Made by a program: the position numbers and the translations under genes. DNA of 64,000 nt from an uncultured virus (IMG/VR IMGVR_UViG_3300037249_000775) (taxonomy: Duplodnaviria; Heunggongvirae; Uroviricota; Caudoviricetes), in the IMG/VR virus record IMGVR_UViG_3300037249_000775; one strand, 5' to 3'. Positions 21,503-30,860 of this stretch are shown piece after piece (the first letter of the stretch is position 1; each line of letters starts with the position of its first letter). Below the pieces are notes generated by a model, which did not search any database, was not told the DNA's origin, and worked only from the letters and a program-made list of their open reading frames with translations.

Positions 21503-21554
21503 AAGATAATATTAATAAGAGAACTGTAAGATTATTTCTTACAGTTCTCCTTTA

Positions 21555-21587
21555 TCCGTATTTTTAATATATATATTGATATATTAT
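21555..21587 (+). promoter_or_regulatory. Early promoter (TCCGTA box + TATATTAT)
   Basis: TCCGTATTTTTAATATATATATTGATATATTATTTTT, identical at 32198 and 39113. Confidence 0.8.
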
Positions 21588-21605
21588 TTTTTTGTAAATA
21601 TTAAA

Positions 21606-21678
21606 GGGAGTTATGCTTTATCCCGAGTTTAAATCAAAGCAATGTCAACCCCCGGACGGTAACAGTGGGGAGAAAGGA
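21606..21678 (+). ncRNA. Tandem-pseudoknot 5' leader, copy A
   Basis: GGGA/TCCC + TGCTTT/AAAGCA; TGTC/GACG + CCCC/GGGG; then AGAAAGGA RBS. Confidence 0.7.
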
Positions 21679-21683
21679 CATTT

Positions 21684-22118
21684 ATGTCCAAAGCAATAAT
21701 CAATCTTCCATCAATTGACATGAGCACAGAGTTTACTGAAAACGCTTCTATTTGTGATTCTCTTGCAGTAATTGAAGAGAATCTGAAAACGGCATTGGAA
21801 TTAAATTACATCGCCGCAAAAAAATATTGTGGTAAATCAGTTGACGCGGTAGTTTCCATCTTTAAATATATAAAGGAAGCAACGGGTGATGGTTTTCATA
21901 GTGATATGAATATCATGATGTATAGAGACGGACTCTACAAGTTTCTTTCCGAGGTGTTTCAGAAAGAAACACTCGGTAATGAGCTTGAGGATATTAATGA
22001 TGAACTTGTAGAGTTCATCATCAATTATCGTTCGCAATATACATTTAATGAAGTTGGTGAAACTCTTAAGCATTATATGCTTATTGAAAAAGACGTTGAT
22101 GAGGATGAATATTTTTAA
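21684..22118 (+). CDS. Early accessory hypothetical protein
   Basis: Stand-alone cassette: early promoter, structured leader, RBS, terminator ~22153-22190. Confidence 0.8.
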   Translation: MSKAIINLPSIDMSTEFTENASICDSLAVIEENLKTALELNYIAAKKYCGKSVDAVVSIFKYIKEATGDGFHSDMNIMMYRDGLYKFLSEVFQKETLGNELEDINDELVEFIINYRSQYTFNEVGETLKHYMLIEKDVDEDEYF

Positions 22119-22255
22119 TTTCATCATCTTCATCCTTTAATTAAAAAAATGGAGCTAAGGATTCTGGTGATTCTTAGCTTTATTTTTTTTATTTTTTTAG
22201 GTGCTTATATATTATTTTTTAGAAATTAAAATACATTTAAAAAATCTTATAAAGG

Positions 22256-22828
22256 ATGTGTATTATGAGTAAAAAATATAAATATTGGTTCTTTTATATA
22301 GATAATGAATATTTAGACAGCGTTTATATAGAAGAACCAAATTCTAATCTTTATGCATATACTGATGACCATGATATCGCAGTAATGTTTAAGAAAACTA
22401 GAAATATGAAAATATTTACAATGAAAGAAAAAAATCTTAATAGGGAAGAAGTGAATGATCTAGCAGATAGATTTCAAAGAGGAAAATTATTAATAGCTCA
22501 TTGTAAAACATCTATGACACACTCTGTTTTAGATTCATTTGATTATGACTTAGCTCTAACTCAAATGGAACATACAAATATTCAGAATATAGTTCATCAA
22601 ATATTTGTTTCAAAGATATGGGATACCACATGGATTAATCCTCATATTTTTAAAGATAAGTATGTGGATATGTTATATGAGATTGGTTTTGCATATGGTT
22701 ATGAAATGATAACTGATAGAACAGATATATTATTACCACAACTTATACATCATTTATTTGTACCAGATACTCTTGGAGTATTTATTGAACAATACAATTT
22801 TTTATTAAATAAGGAGTTATTAAAATGA
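22256..22828 (+). CDS. Hypothetical protein, paralog family member 1
   Basis: LYAYT...F..TRNM motif shared with next three genes; TATATTAT at 22208. Confidence 0.8.
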   Translation: MCIMSKKYKYWFFYIDNEYLDSVYIEEPNSNLYAYTDDHDIAVMFKKTRNMKIFTMKEKNLNREEVNDLADRFQRGKLLIAHCKTSMTHSVLDSFDYDLALTQMEHTNIQNIVHQIFVSKIWDTTWINPHIFKDKYVDMLYEIGFAYGYEMITDRTDILLPQLIHHLFVPDTLGVFIEQYNFLLNKELLK

Positions 22829-23550
22829 AATTAGTTTATATTATTTATGCATCTATACCAAATAGATTGTGGGAAGCTAAGTTAAAATATATAATTAATG
22901 AATCATCATATGTTCTTAGTGGTAAAGAATATAATTATGACGGTAATAATAGAACTTTTCTATATGCATGGACAACTAAAGAAAAATATTTAAATGCATT
23001 TAAATATTTTAGAGAAAACGCATTGAAGAATATTTATAAAATTGAAAAAGTTGAAATGGATAAAATTGAATATTCTCAATTTGTAGAAAGATATAAAAAT
23101 GAACGTCTTCGTTATATTGAAATACCAACAAATGATAATGAAATGTATGGTACAAACGATTTTACCAAAATATTATGTACTTTAAATGAAGCTAATTATA
23201 CAATAGATGAAGGACACGTATATCTATATGATTATTTCTCGGATATTATTAAAGTTGATTACTCGATATTTAATAATAAATATATAAATGCATTAGATTG
23301 TTTATCTTATTGTGATGAGTTTAATATACTTAGATATGAAACTTGTTCTAGTTCATCTTATTATGATGAACGTTATACTGAAAGATATGAAATGTCAGAG
23401 TACAATCATTCATTTAATTTAACCGGGTTCGGTAATCATAAAATGATTGATCTGTATTCAAACAGATTTGCTATTTTTGTTAATTTGTTTTATGAAATGA
23501 TTGAAGGATATAATGAGAAAGAGGAAATAAAATTAGCACATGAGGTGTAA
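22825..23550 (+). CDS. Hypothetical protein, paralog family member 2
   Basis: LYAWT..KY...F..FR; overlapping start/stop. Confidence 0.8.
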   Translation: MKLVYIIYASIPNRLWEAKLKYIINESSYVLSGKEYNYDGNNRTFLYAWTTKEKYLNAFKYFRENALKNIYKIEKVEMDKIEYSQFVERYKNERLRYIEIPTNDNEMYGTNDFTKILCTLNEANYTIDEGHVYLYDYFSDIIKVDYSIFNNKYINALDCLSYCDEFNILRYETCSSSSYYDERYTERYEMSEYNHSFNLTGFGNHKMIDLYSNRFAIFVNLFYEMIEGYNEKEEIKLAHEV

Positions 23551-24139
23551 TATGAGAACTGTATATATGTTTTATTTGATAGGTAACAGTATAAATGAAA
23601 GTAAATTTCCAGCCATCAATAGTGATGAAGTCATTAAAAATGGAAATTTACAAATATATCCATATGCATGGACCGCAGACAAATCTTATCGAAAACAATT
23701 TAAAAATATTAGAGATATGAATAAGTTCTATGAAAATACAATTGATGTTGAAAATTTTGAATCTTTTGCAAATTCTAATAGTGACACATTATTGGAATTT
23801 AGAAGATTTAATACAAAAACTATTAAAAATAAGATAATAAACGAATCATCAATTAGAATATTATCAACTCTTAGAGAAGTAAACTATGTTTCTATGAATA
23901 TAAATGATATATTATATTCAATAATATCAGAAAATTTATATAATGATTGTGTAGATTTTATTCAACCTCATTTATATAAAAAAGAATTTAAAAGTAGTTT
24001 AAAATCTCTTAGTATTGATGATATTAGTTTTGAAATTAAAACTATGAATGATGATTATGAATCTTTGCCATTTAGTCTGAAGACTATGGATTCATTAAAT
24101 ATTTATATTACAGCCTTTGCAAACACTTATAAGAAATGA
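23540..24139 (+). CDS. Hypothetical protein, paralog family member 3
   Basis: PYAWT.DK.Y...F..IRDM. Confidence 0.8.
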   Translation: MRCNMRTVYMFYLIGNSINESKFPAINSDEVIKNGNLQIYPYAWTADKSYRKQFKNIRDMNKFYENTIDVENFESFANSNSDTLLEFRRFNTKTIKNKIINESSIRILSTLREVNYVSMNINDILYSIISENLYNDCVDFIQPHLYKKEFKSSLKSLSIDDISFEIKTMNDDYESLPFSLKTMDSLNIYITAFANTYKK

Positions 24140-24148
24140 GGAATTAAT

Positions 24149-24703
24149 ATGAAAGTATATTTATTTTATAAAGATAAAAGTAATGATGAAATTCTTTATG
24201 CTGTTACTAATAACAAAAAATATGCTAAAAAATTTATGAGTGAACGTAATATGAAAAACTTTCGTATAGAAATTGAGGATATGGATAAAGATGAATATGC
24301 TAGTTATTGTAATAGTAATGAACATCGATCCGCCGTATTATCAACGTATAAATTAGCTACAGTAAAAGAAGGCGATCATACATCTTCAAATTTTTATTTT
24401 AAGAAAGTTATTATGAGCTACTGGGAACATCAAATAATTGATGATTTTAGTACATCAGCTTTTAACGAAACATATGAATTTCTTGGTATGCCAATACCAA
24501 TAATATTTAAAGATAAATATATTCAATGTTTAAAAAAGCTCGAATATAATACTCACTTTATTTTATATGCATTACCATATTTACCTGATGAAGTAGAAAA
24601 TTGGGTAGCTGAGAAATTACATGTTGAAGATGAATATAATACAGTTGATATTGAAAATGACGAACTAGCGATATTTATAAATACGTGTCGTGAATCATTT
24701 TAA
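24149..24703 (+). CDS. Hypothetical protein, paralog family member 4
   Basis: LYAVT.NKKYA..F..ERNM. Confidence 0.8.
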   Translation: MKVYLFYKDKSNDEILYAVTNNKKYAKKFMSERNMKNFRIEIEDMDKDEYASYCNSNEHRSAVLSTYKLATVKEGDHTSSNFYFKKVIMSYWEHQIIDDFSTSAFNETYEFLGMPIPIIFKDKYIQCLKKLEYNTHFILYALPYLPDEVENWVAEKLHVEDEYNTVDIENDELAIFINTCRESF

Positions 24704-24751
24704 AAATAGATTCTTTTGACAATGGTTTAATACTAAAAGGAAGTGATTAAT

Positions 24752-25435
24752 ATGTCAAAAGAATCTAGTTTTATTCGTACTATAAAAACAGTTATTCCTG
24801 AAGAAATGGAATATTCTGTTTTTATTAATACTGATAAGGATAGAGTAAAATTTATTAAAAGATGCGAAAAAGTTATTCGTTCATCAAATGAATATAGAGA
24901 TTATATTGCATTTTTAAAAGAGAATGTAGATATGGATAAATGTGCATTTTATCAAAATGTATCATCAGAAAATTCAAAAAGAGTAAAAATTGAAATACAT
25001 CACGAACCTTTTACTCTTTTTGATATTGTCTCTGTTGTAGTAGATAGATTTATAGACCAAGGATATCCATTAAATGATTTACTTATAGCAGATGAAGTCA
25101 TGGAACTCCATTATGCTAATATGGTTGGTTTAATACCGTTATCAAAAACCATTCATCAGATAGTTCATAATTCTACTAAAATTACTATACCATTAAATAT
25201 GGTTTATGGTGATTATACTAGTTTTCTTACATCTGAAAAATACGAACCATATGTTGATGAATTATTTGAAAAATTGGAAACTAAAATCAATGAAACAAAA
25301 AATCTAACGGAATCTAATTTTGATGATTTGAAGAAAGAATTTACATATTTAGAAATGAAAGATGTTCCTGTTGTAAATAAACAACTTACATCAAAAGAAT
25401 TAGAAGAAGTTATGAATTTACAAAAATCAGCATAA
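24752..25435 (+). CDS. HNH/His-Me-finger-like protein
   Basis: IEIHH...LSKTIHQIVHN; paralog of 34164..34793. Confidence 0.6.
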   Translation: MSKESSFIRTIKTVIPEEMEYSVFINTDKDRVKFIKRCEKVIRSSNEYRDYIAFLKENVDMDKCAFYQNVSSENSKRVKIEIHHEPFTLFDIVSVVVDRFIDQGYPLNDLLIADEVMELHYANMVGLIPLSKTIHQIVHNSTKITIPLNMVYGDYTSFLTSEKYEPYVDELFEKLETKINETKNLTESNFDDLKKEFTYLEMKDVPVVNKQLTSKELEEVMNLQKSA

Positions 25436-25453
25436 AAACGAGGAGAGAATAAA

Positions 25454-26215
25454 ATGGCAATACTTACAGCAAAAAAGATTAAGGAAGAAATAAATAATAA
25501 TCATATAAAAATTGATTTATATGATAATGACAGACTTGGACCTAATTCATACGATTTAACTCTTTTTAATAAAATTTCATGGTATCGAGATGATAAATAC
25601 TTGGATACAAGAAATCCCTGTAACGAATTGGAAACATGTGAAATTCCTGAAAATGGAATGTATTTATTTCCAAATCGTCTATATTTATGTAAAACTAATG
25701 AAACGGTTTGGTCAGATAAATATGTAATGGAATTATCAGGTCTTTCATCATTAGCTCGACTTGGTATTGTGATTCATCAGACAGCTGGTTATGCTAATAT
25801 TGGTCATGAGTTTCAATGGGTATTAGAAATAACAGTTACACGAGCTGTTAAAATATATCCTGATATGAGGATAGCTCAACAATATTTTCATACAGTAGAA
25901 GGTGATGTTGAGTTATATAATGGTCGATATAAATATAAGCAATTAGGTGATGAAATTTGTCCGTCAGTATCTGAAGAAGAATATAAAGATGATCAAAATT
26001 TATATGATAAAATGAATAACTTTGCAAAAGTATTTACAGATGCAGTTAATAATTTATCAGATATTTTTAATATGAAAGAAACTAGTGCAGATGATATTGG
26101 TACTGGTTTTATATATGAAGATATTTCAATACCATATAATGGAGAGTCAGTTTATCAATTATTTGACAAAGATAGAATTATCGATATAACAGATATTAAT
26201 AATGAAGAGGAATAA
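25454..26215 (+). CDS. dcd: dCTP deaminase
   Basis: PNSYDLTL, SSLARLGI, AGY, LEI, RIAQ, YNGRY motifs; acidic C-terminal extension. Confidence 0.85.
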   Translation: MAILTAKKIKEEINNNHIKIDLYDNDRLGPNSYDLTLFNKISWYRDDKYLDTRNPCNELETCEIPENGMYLFPNRLYLCKTNETVWSDKYVMELSGLSSLARLGIVIHQTAGYANIGHEFQWVLEITVTRAVKIYPDMRIAQQYFHTVEGDVELYNGRYKYKQLGDEICPSVSEEEYKDDQNLYDKMNNFAKVFTDAVNNLSDIFNMKETSADDIGTGFIYEDISIPYNGESVYQLFDKDRIIDITDINNEEE

Positions 26216-26405
26216 AAATATATAGACGTTGTATATTTATATACAACGTCTATATTAGAAGTGTGACTTGAAAATCAGTAGGACTCTTAATAATTTGTTT
26301 TTATTACTTTGTTTAAGTATTGGAATTAAATATAATTTATACAAAAGTTATATATTATTTTTTCGTAAGACTATCAAATATTTTTACAAGAAAGGGGCAG
26401 ATTCA

Positions 26406-27890
26406 ATGTTAGAAATTGATATTGGATACGTTGGACGTGAACGAACCGATGAAGAACGTGAAGAAATGCGAGAAGAATTAGAATATGAATCGCATGAATC
26501 CAACCACGTAAAGAAAGATAAACTTGGAGAATTTGTTGAGGAGTTTCAGAAACGTCAGAAGCAGTACGACAATTATAGAGCTAAGCGAAATAAAAAGTTT
26601 CCTTGGGAAGAATTATATTCATCAGTTGTAAATGATTTTAACGATGATTATAATTTGAGTAATGAGGAAAAAGCTAAACGAAATCGTTACTATTCTTATC
26701 AGAAAGAATTTATTAAAGGGGGATATAAGTGTCGTGATGTAATATCATATGTTAAGAAAGCAAGAATATCTATTAAATGGCTTTATGAAATTTATAATAA
26801 TATTCCAAGAATTATGGTAAACGAATATACTATGGATTTTATAGAATTTCTTGAAAAAGCTAAATCTGATGCTGATAAAATCAAAGAGTATAATAAGAAA
26901 CTCGAAGATGGAAAGCATGTAAAGTTTCCTGATTTATCTCTTAATATAAATTTGGGTGCTTGGAGTTATCCTAAATATAAACCTAGAAAGAATGCTCTTC
27001 GTTATGATGAAGATTATCTTGAAGAATTTATATTAACTGATAGAGACCCATCTGAATTAATTCCTGAGAATAATGAACCTGAAGAAATAGAGATTACAAA
27101 AGATAATCTCGACGAAGTAGGAGAGAAATTATTTGGTAAAGAAAGATGGGAAGAATTACAGAAATCGCTGCCAGAAGATGATATTTATGCTCGTCAGTAT
27201 GATCCTGATGAAGATGATATCGACGAGCATCCCACATTAGCTATAGTAGGAACTGAAGATGATGCTAAAGCATTATTGAAGTTTGATGACTTAAAAGGTG
27301 TTCTTGGTGATATTGCTCGTAAAGAACGTGGACGTAGTAGACTAAGTAGATGTATTACAGATATTCATCAAGATACTGAAATGACATATTTCGATGACCA
27401 TAAATTCTCAAAGAAATATCAGAAGAAGAATGATAGATTTGAAATTCCATCATTTAAAGGTGATATTAATGATGATAAAGCTTTTGAAAAGTTTATGAAT
27501 CAGATTGAAAATATCGAAGACCAAACCTATTATGAAACTGCTAAAGGTAAGATGATGACAGGTGAAGAAATCGATATGTTAGAACTTAAAGAATTTCTTT
27601 CTGAGAATGGTTGGAAGATAAATGCTTTAAGAGGTCTTGGTGGTAAAAAAGATGAAAAGAAAAAGAAGAAAAAGAAAACAGACTATGACAAAGTTCGTGA
27701 AGTCAAACGTAAGTTGACTAAAGGTAAAATTAAGAAAAAGGTTGGTGTTAATACTAAAAAGAAAAAGAAGAAAAAGGAAAATAAAGCCAAGAAAGAACAG
27801 AATAATGATTTAGAAACTGCTATTTTAAGTGCTGCAGGTAATGAGCAATATAGTAGTTTCGATGAATGGAAAGCTTCATTAGAGGATTAA
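26406..27890 (+). CDS. Hypothetical charged protein
   Basis: True start probably ATG 26406 (AGAAAGGGG RBS, TATATTAT at 26351); poly-Lys C-terminus. Confidence 0.75.
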   Translation: MLEIDIGYVGRERTDEEREEMREELEYESHESNHVKKDKLGEFVEEFQKRQKQYDNYRAKRNKKFPWEELYSSVVNDFNDDYNLSNEEKAKRNRYYSYQKEFIKGGYKCRDVISYVKKARISIKWLYEIYNNIPRIMVNEYTMDFIEFLEKAKSDADKIKEYNKKLEDGKHVKFPDLSLNINLGAWSYPKYKPRKNALRYDEDYLEEFILTDRDPSELIPENNEPEEIEITKDNLDEVGEKLFGKERWEELQKSLPEDDIYARQYDPDEDDIDEHPTLAIVGTEDDAKALLKFDDLKGVLGDIARKERGRSRLSRCITDIHQDTEMTYFDDHKFSKKYQKKNDRFEIPSFKGDINDDKAFEKFMNQIENIEDQTYYETAKGKMMTGEEIDMLELKEFLSENGWKINALRGLGGKKDEKKKKKKKTDYDKVREVKRKLTKGKIKKKVGVNTKKKKKKKENKAKKEQNNDLETAILSAAGNEQYSSFDEWKASLED

Positions 27891-27902
27891 GGAGTATATG
27901 CT

Positions 27903-28790
27903 ATGTTAAAGACAATCAAATCATTATTAATGGAGTTCATTCCATATGAACTCTATTCAGATCTTAACACCGTTGTTGATATGCATGTTGACAACAGTGT
28001 TAAAGAAATAGGTATAAAATATTTATTAACTAAGTATAATATACCTTACACATCATTAGGTTCTGGTACGAATAGATTGGGAATACTTATTGGTGGCTAT
28101 GCATTTAAATTTGCATATGATAAAGCTGGGTGTATAGATAACAGGAGAGAGTTTAAATACTCAAAGCTATTGTATCCATATGCTATCAAAGTCTATGAGT
28201 GTTTTCCCAATGGTTTGATTTCAGTAAGTGAATATATTGAAGTATTTACAGAAGAAGATTTCTGGACTTATAGAGAGCCAATGAAAAATATTTTGACTGA
28301 ATTATCATCGAAATATTTAATCGGCGACGTCGGTATCATTAAAAAGAATCTTACTAACTGGGGAGTTAGACATTCAGAATACGGTGACCAAATTTGTATT
28401 TTGGACTTTGCATATATTTATGATACATCTTTTGGTACATTCGTATGCAGTTGTGATAATATTACAATGTTGGAATATGATAAAACCTTTTCAAAATTTA
28501 TATGTCCACGATGTAGTAAAGTACACACGTTTGAAGATTTACGTTCACGTATTACTAGGAAACTTGAAAGTGATGAAATTGGTGATATAAGGGATCTATC
28601 ATATAACGTAACTTCAGCTATGCAGGACGTAGAATATGTTTCTCAATATTCTGATATCGATGATGACGATGATGATATCATTGAAAATATTGAAAAGATA
28701 AAGGAATATGAGGAATATGAAAAAGAGATGGAAGAACAAAAAGATTTGTTTGACTATCATCCTATGTATGAAAATGAGGATGTAGAATGA
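27903..28790 (+). CDS. Protein kinase-like protein with C-terminal Zn ribbon
   Basis: LGSGTNR (Gly loop), AFK, E helix, GDV..NWG, ILDFA; CSC...CPRC. Confidence 0.7.
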   Translation: MLKTIKSLLMEFIPYELYSDLNTVVDMHVDNSVKEIGIKYLLTKYNIPYTSLGSGTNRLGILIGGYAFKFAYDKAGCIDNRREFKYSKLLYPYAIKVYECFPNGLISVSEYIEVFTEEDFWTYREPMKNILTELSSKYLIGDVGIIKKNLTNWGVRHSEYGDQICILDFAYIYDTSFGTFVCSCDNITMLEYDKTFSKFICPRCSKVHTFEDLRSRITRKLESDEIGDIRDLSYNVTSAMQDVEYVSQYSDIDDDDDDIIENIEKIKEYEEYEKEMEEQKDLFDYHPMYENEDVE

Positions 28791-28856
28791 TTACATTCTA
28801 CATCCCATTAAACAATAATTTATATTTACTATTTATTTACTAAAGGAGAGATAAGT

Positions 28857-30119
28857 ATGTCTAAAAAGAACAAAATAAACAATGATCCATTTAATATGTC
28901 GGTTGAAGAAGCAACTAAAACAGCAGACCTTATCAATGAACTTGTTAAAGGTAATAAAAATATTACAATTGACGATATTGTTGATAATGAAACTCTTGAT
29001 ATTAATGGAAAGATAAGTAGCTTTACTCAACAGATTGAAGATTTCATTAATGTAAATATTAGTGACGAAGAGTATTTTCATTATGAATCAGAAACTTCTG
29101 ATACACCTGTAATATCGGTAGAATCGAAAAGTGATGAAAGTACAATTTCAATTGATAATGGTTTTGAAAATAAAACCAAAAGACTTTATCCAGTAATAGA
29201 AAATAATGAAGATATTTCTAGTGGTCAAGAAATGCCTGCTGTCATTGATGAAAGAATAGAACCAAAGTTCAATGAAATTACCGTTGGTTGGAATCCATTA
29301 TTTAATACAATGGAAATTGATGATGGTGAAATTAAACATTACTTTGATTTAGATGAAATGAGAACATTTAATCCGTTTATAGACGGTAATTGTGAACTTT
29401 CAAATCTTGTCAGTGGTGAATTAGATGATGATGAAGCAGGTAGTATATATAGTGAGTTATTTTACTATATAATCACTAGAAAAGTACCGACAATGATTAT
29501 TCCTGCTGATGAGTTTGAAGTTAGTTTTGGGATATTTTCAAAAATAGATAGAAAATATGTGTTCTTTAAAAAAGATGCATATGTATTAGTCTATACAATT
29601 GGTTCGCATGTTTATGATGACTTTTATAATTTAATGGGACTAGATTCAGATTTTATTCCATTAGAAGTTGTAAAGTCAATGGTGAATGTTATCAGAGAGC
29701 TCAATAAATCACCAGTAAAGTTTAGTTTTGAAAATATTCATCTGATTGATAGCTTAATTGATTACTCAAAAAGGAATCTTAAATCTTTTGTTGAAGAAGT
29801 TAGTTTGACCGCAACATTTGCTGGTCACAATAGCTTTAATAAAACAGTATGGCAGAATCTCAAAGTTCTTAGTTATGATACTTTTGTTTCAGATATTGAA
29901 GAGAAACTCAGTATTTCAAATAATATAGATGATGATGAACTTGAAGATTTAGAAGAAACAATTTCAACTGAATCGGATTTTGATGAGTATCCTGATTTAT
30001 CTGATGTAGTTGGTGATGACGAATCTTTGTTGGCAACGGAACCACCGAAGGTTATTGAACCGGTTAAACCAAGTAATACGGGAAGTATGACTATTCCAGT
30101 ATTTAGAAAAAAGAAGTGA
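28857..30119 (+). CDS. Hypothetical acidic protein
   Basis: AAAGGAG RBS; late promoter at 28811-28822. Confidence 0.75.
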   Translation: MSKKNKINNDPFNMSVEEATKTADLINELVKGNKNITIDDIVDNETLDINGKISSFTQQIEDFINVNISDEEYFHYESETSDTPVISVESKSDESTISIDNGFENKTKRLYPVIENNEDISSGQEMPAVIDERIEPKFNEITVGWNPLFNTMEIDDGEIKHYFDLDEMRTFNPFIDGNCELSNLVSGELDDDEAGSIYSELFYYIITRKVPTMIIPADEFEVSFGIFSKIDRKYVFFKKDAYVLVYTIGSHVYDDFYNLMGLDSDFIPLEVVKSMVNVIRELNKSPVKFSFENIHLIDSLIDYSKRNLKSFVEEVSLTATFAGHNSFNKTVWQNLKVLSYDTFVSDIEEKLSISNNIDDDELEDLEETISTESDFDEYPDLSDVVGDDESLLATEPPKVIEPVKPSNTGSMTIPVFRKKK

Positions 30120-30123
30120 TACT

Positions 30124-30807
30124 ATGTTATTCGTAATGCATTCTGAAATGTTCTTTGAGTACTTTCTAGTTAATGAAGATTATAAAATAATCAAAGATGC
30201 ACAGATTATAGTTGTTTCAAATAGTATTAGAAAGCGTAGACCGAAAGAGGATAATATCATATGTTTAAATCATATGATATATCCTAATTCGGAAGTACTT
30301 TCAAAAGGTACATTTGATGATATGCATGAAGCATATGAAGAACAATTAAAACAAGAGGCATTACCATTTCTTTCTACAGTGATAAAAGGCGTTATAAATA
30401 AAAATTATAACGTCTTTTTCATTTGTAGTAAAAAGGAATGGAAATTGAAATACTTGAAGTGGTTAGAAGAATTTATAGATGATTTCTTTGGATTTCCAGT
30501 TTATAATTATTTAGACTACATTTGTGATAACTATTATAAGTCATATGATAAATATGATAAAAAAATGGTATTGAAAAGATGTAATAAAATAATCGAAGTT
30601 CAAAATAATAGAGATTTTGATCAATATCTTGAAACAAGTCATGGAAAGAAACAATTGTTAAAACAGTATAAAGGCATGAGTAGAAAAGAACTACGTAAAG
30701 AATGTAAACTACGTGGTTGTTCATTTATGCCAGATGCGTCTAAATCTGATTTATTAACAGTTTTGGTTGATGAGTTTGATTTAGAGAATGAATATTCTCG
30801 TATATAA
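30124..30807 (+). CDS. Hypothetical protein with possible C-terminal SAP/HeH-like helix pair
   Basis: MSRKELRKECKLRGC...SKSDLL. Confidence 0.7.
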   Translation: MLFVMHSEMFFEYFLVNEDYKIIKDAQIIVVSNSIRKRRPKEDNIICLNHMIYPNSEVLSKGTFDDMHEAYEEQLKQEALPFLSTVIKGVINKNYNVFFICSKKEWKLKYLKWLEEFIDDFFGFPVYNYLDYICDNYYKSYDKYDKKMVLKRCNKIIEVQNNRDFDQYLETSHGKKQLLKQYKGMSRKELRKECKLRGCSFMPDASKSDLLTVLVDEFDLENEYSRI

Positions 30808-30860
30808 AAAATTACATCACCAGTAAATAAATTTTACTGGTGATGTACGGTGGTGTAAAA

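Noticed and set aside
21606..21641. PK1 as a preQ1-I or SAM-II riboswitch
   Set aside because: Similar H-type topology with A-rich loop, but I could not match the ligand-binding consensus and the downstream genes are unrelated to those pathways; left as an unknown motif
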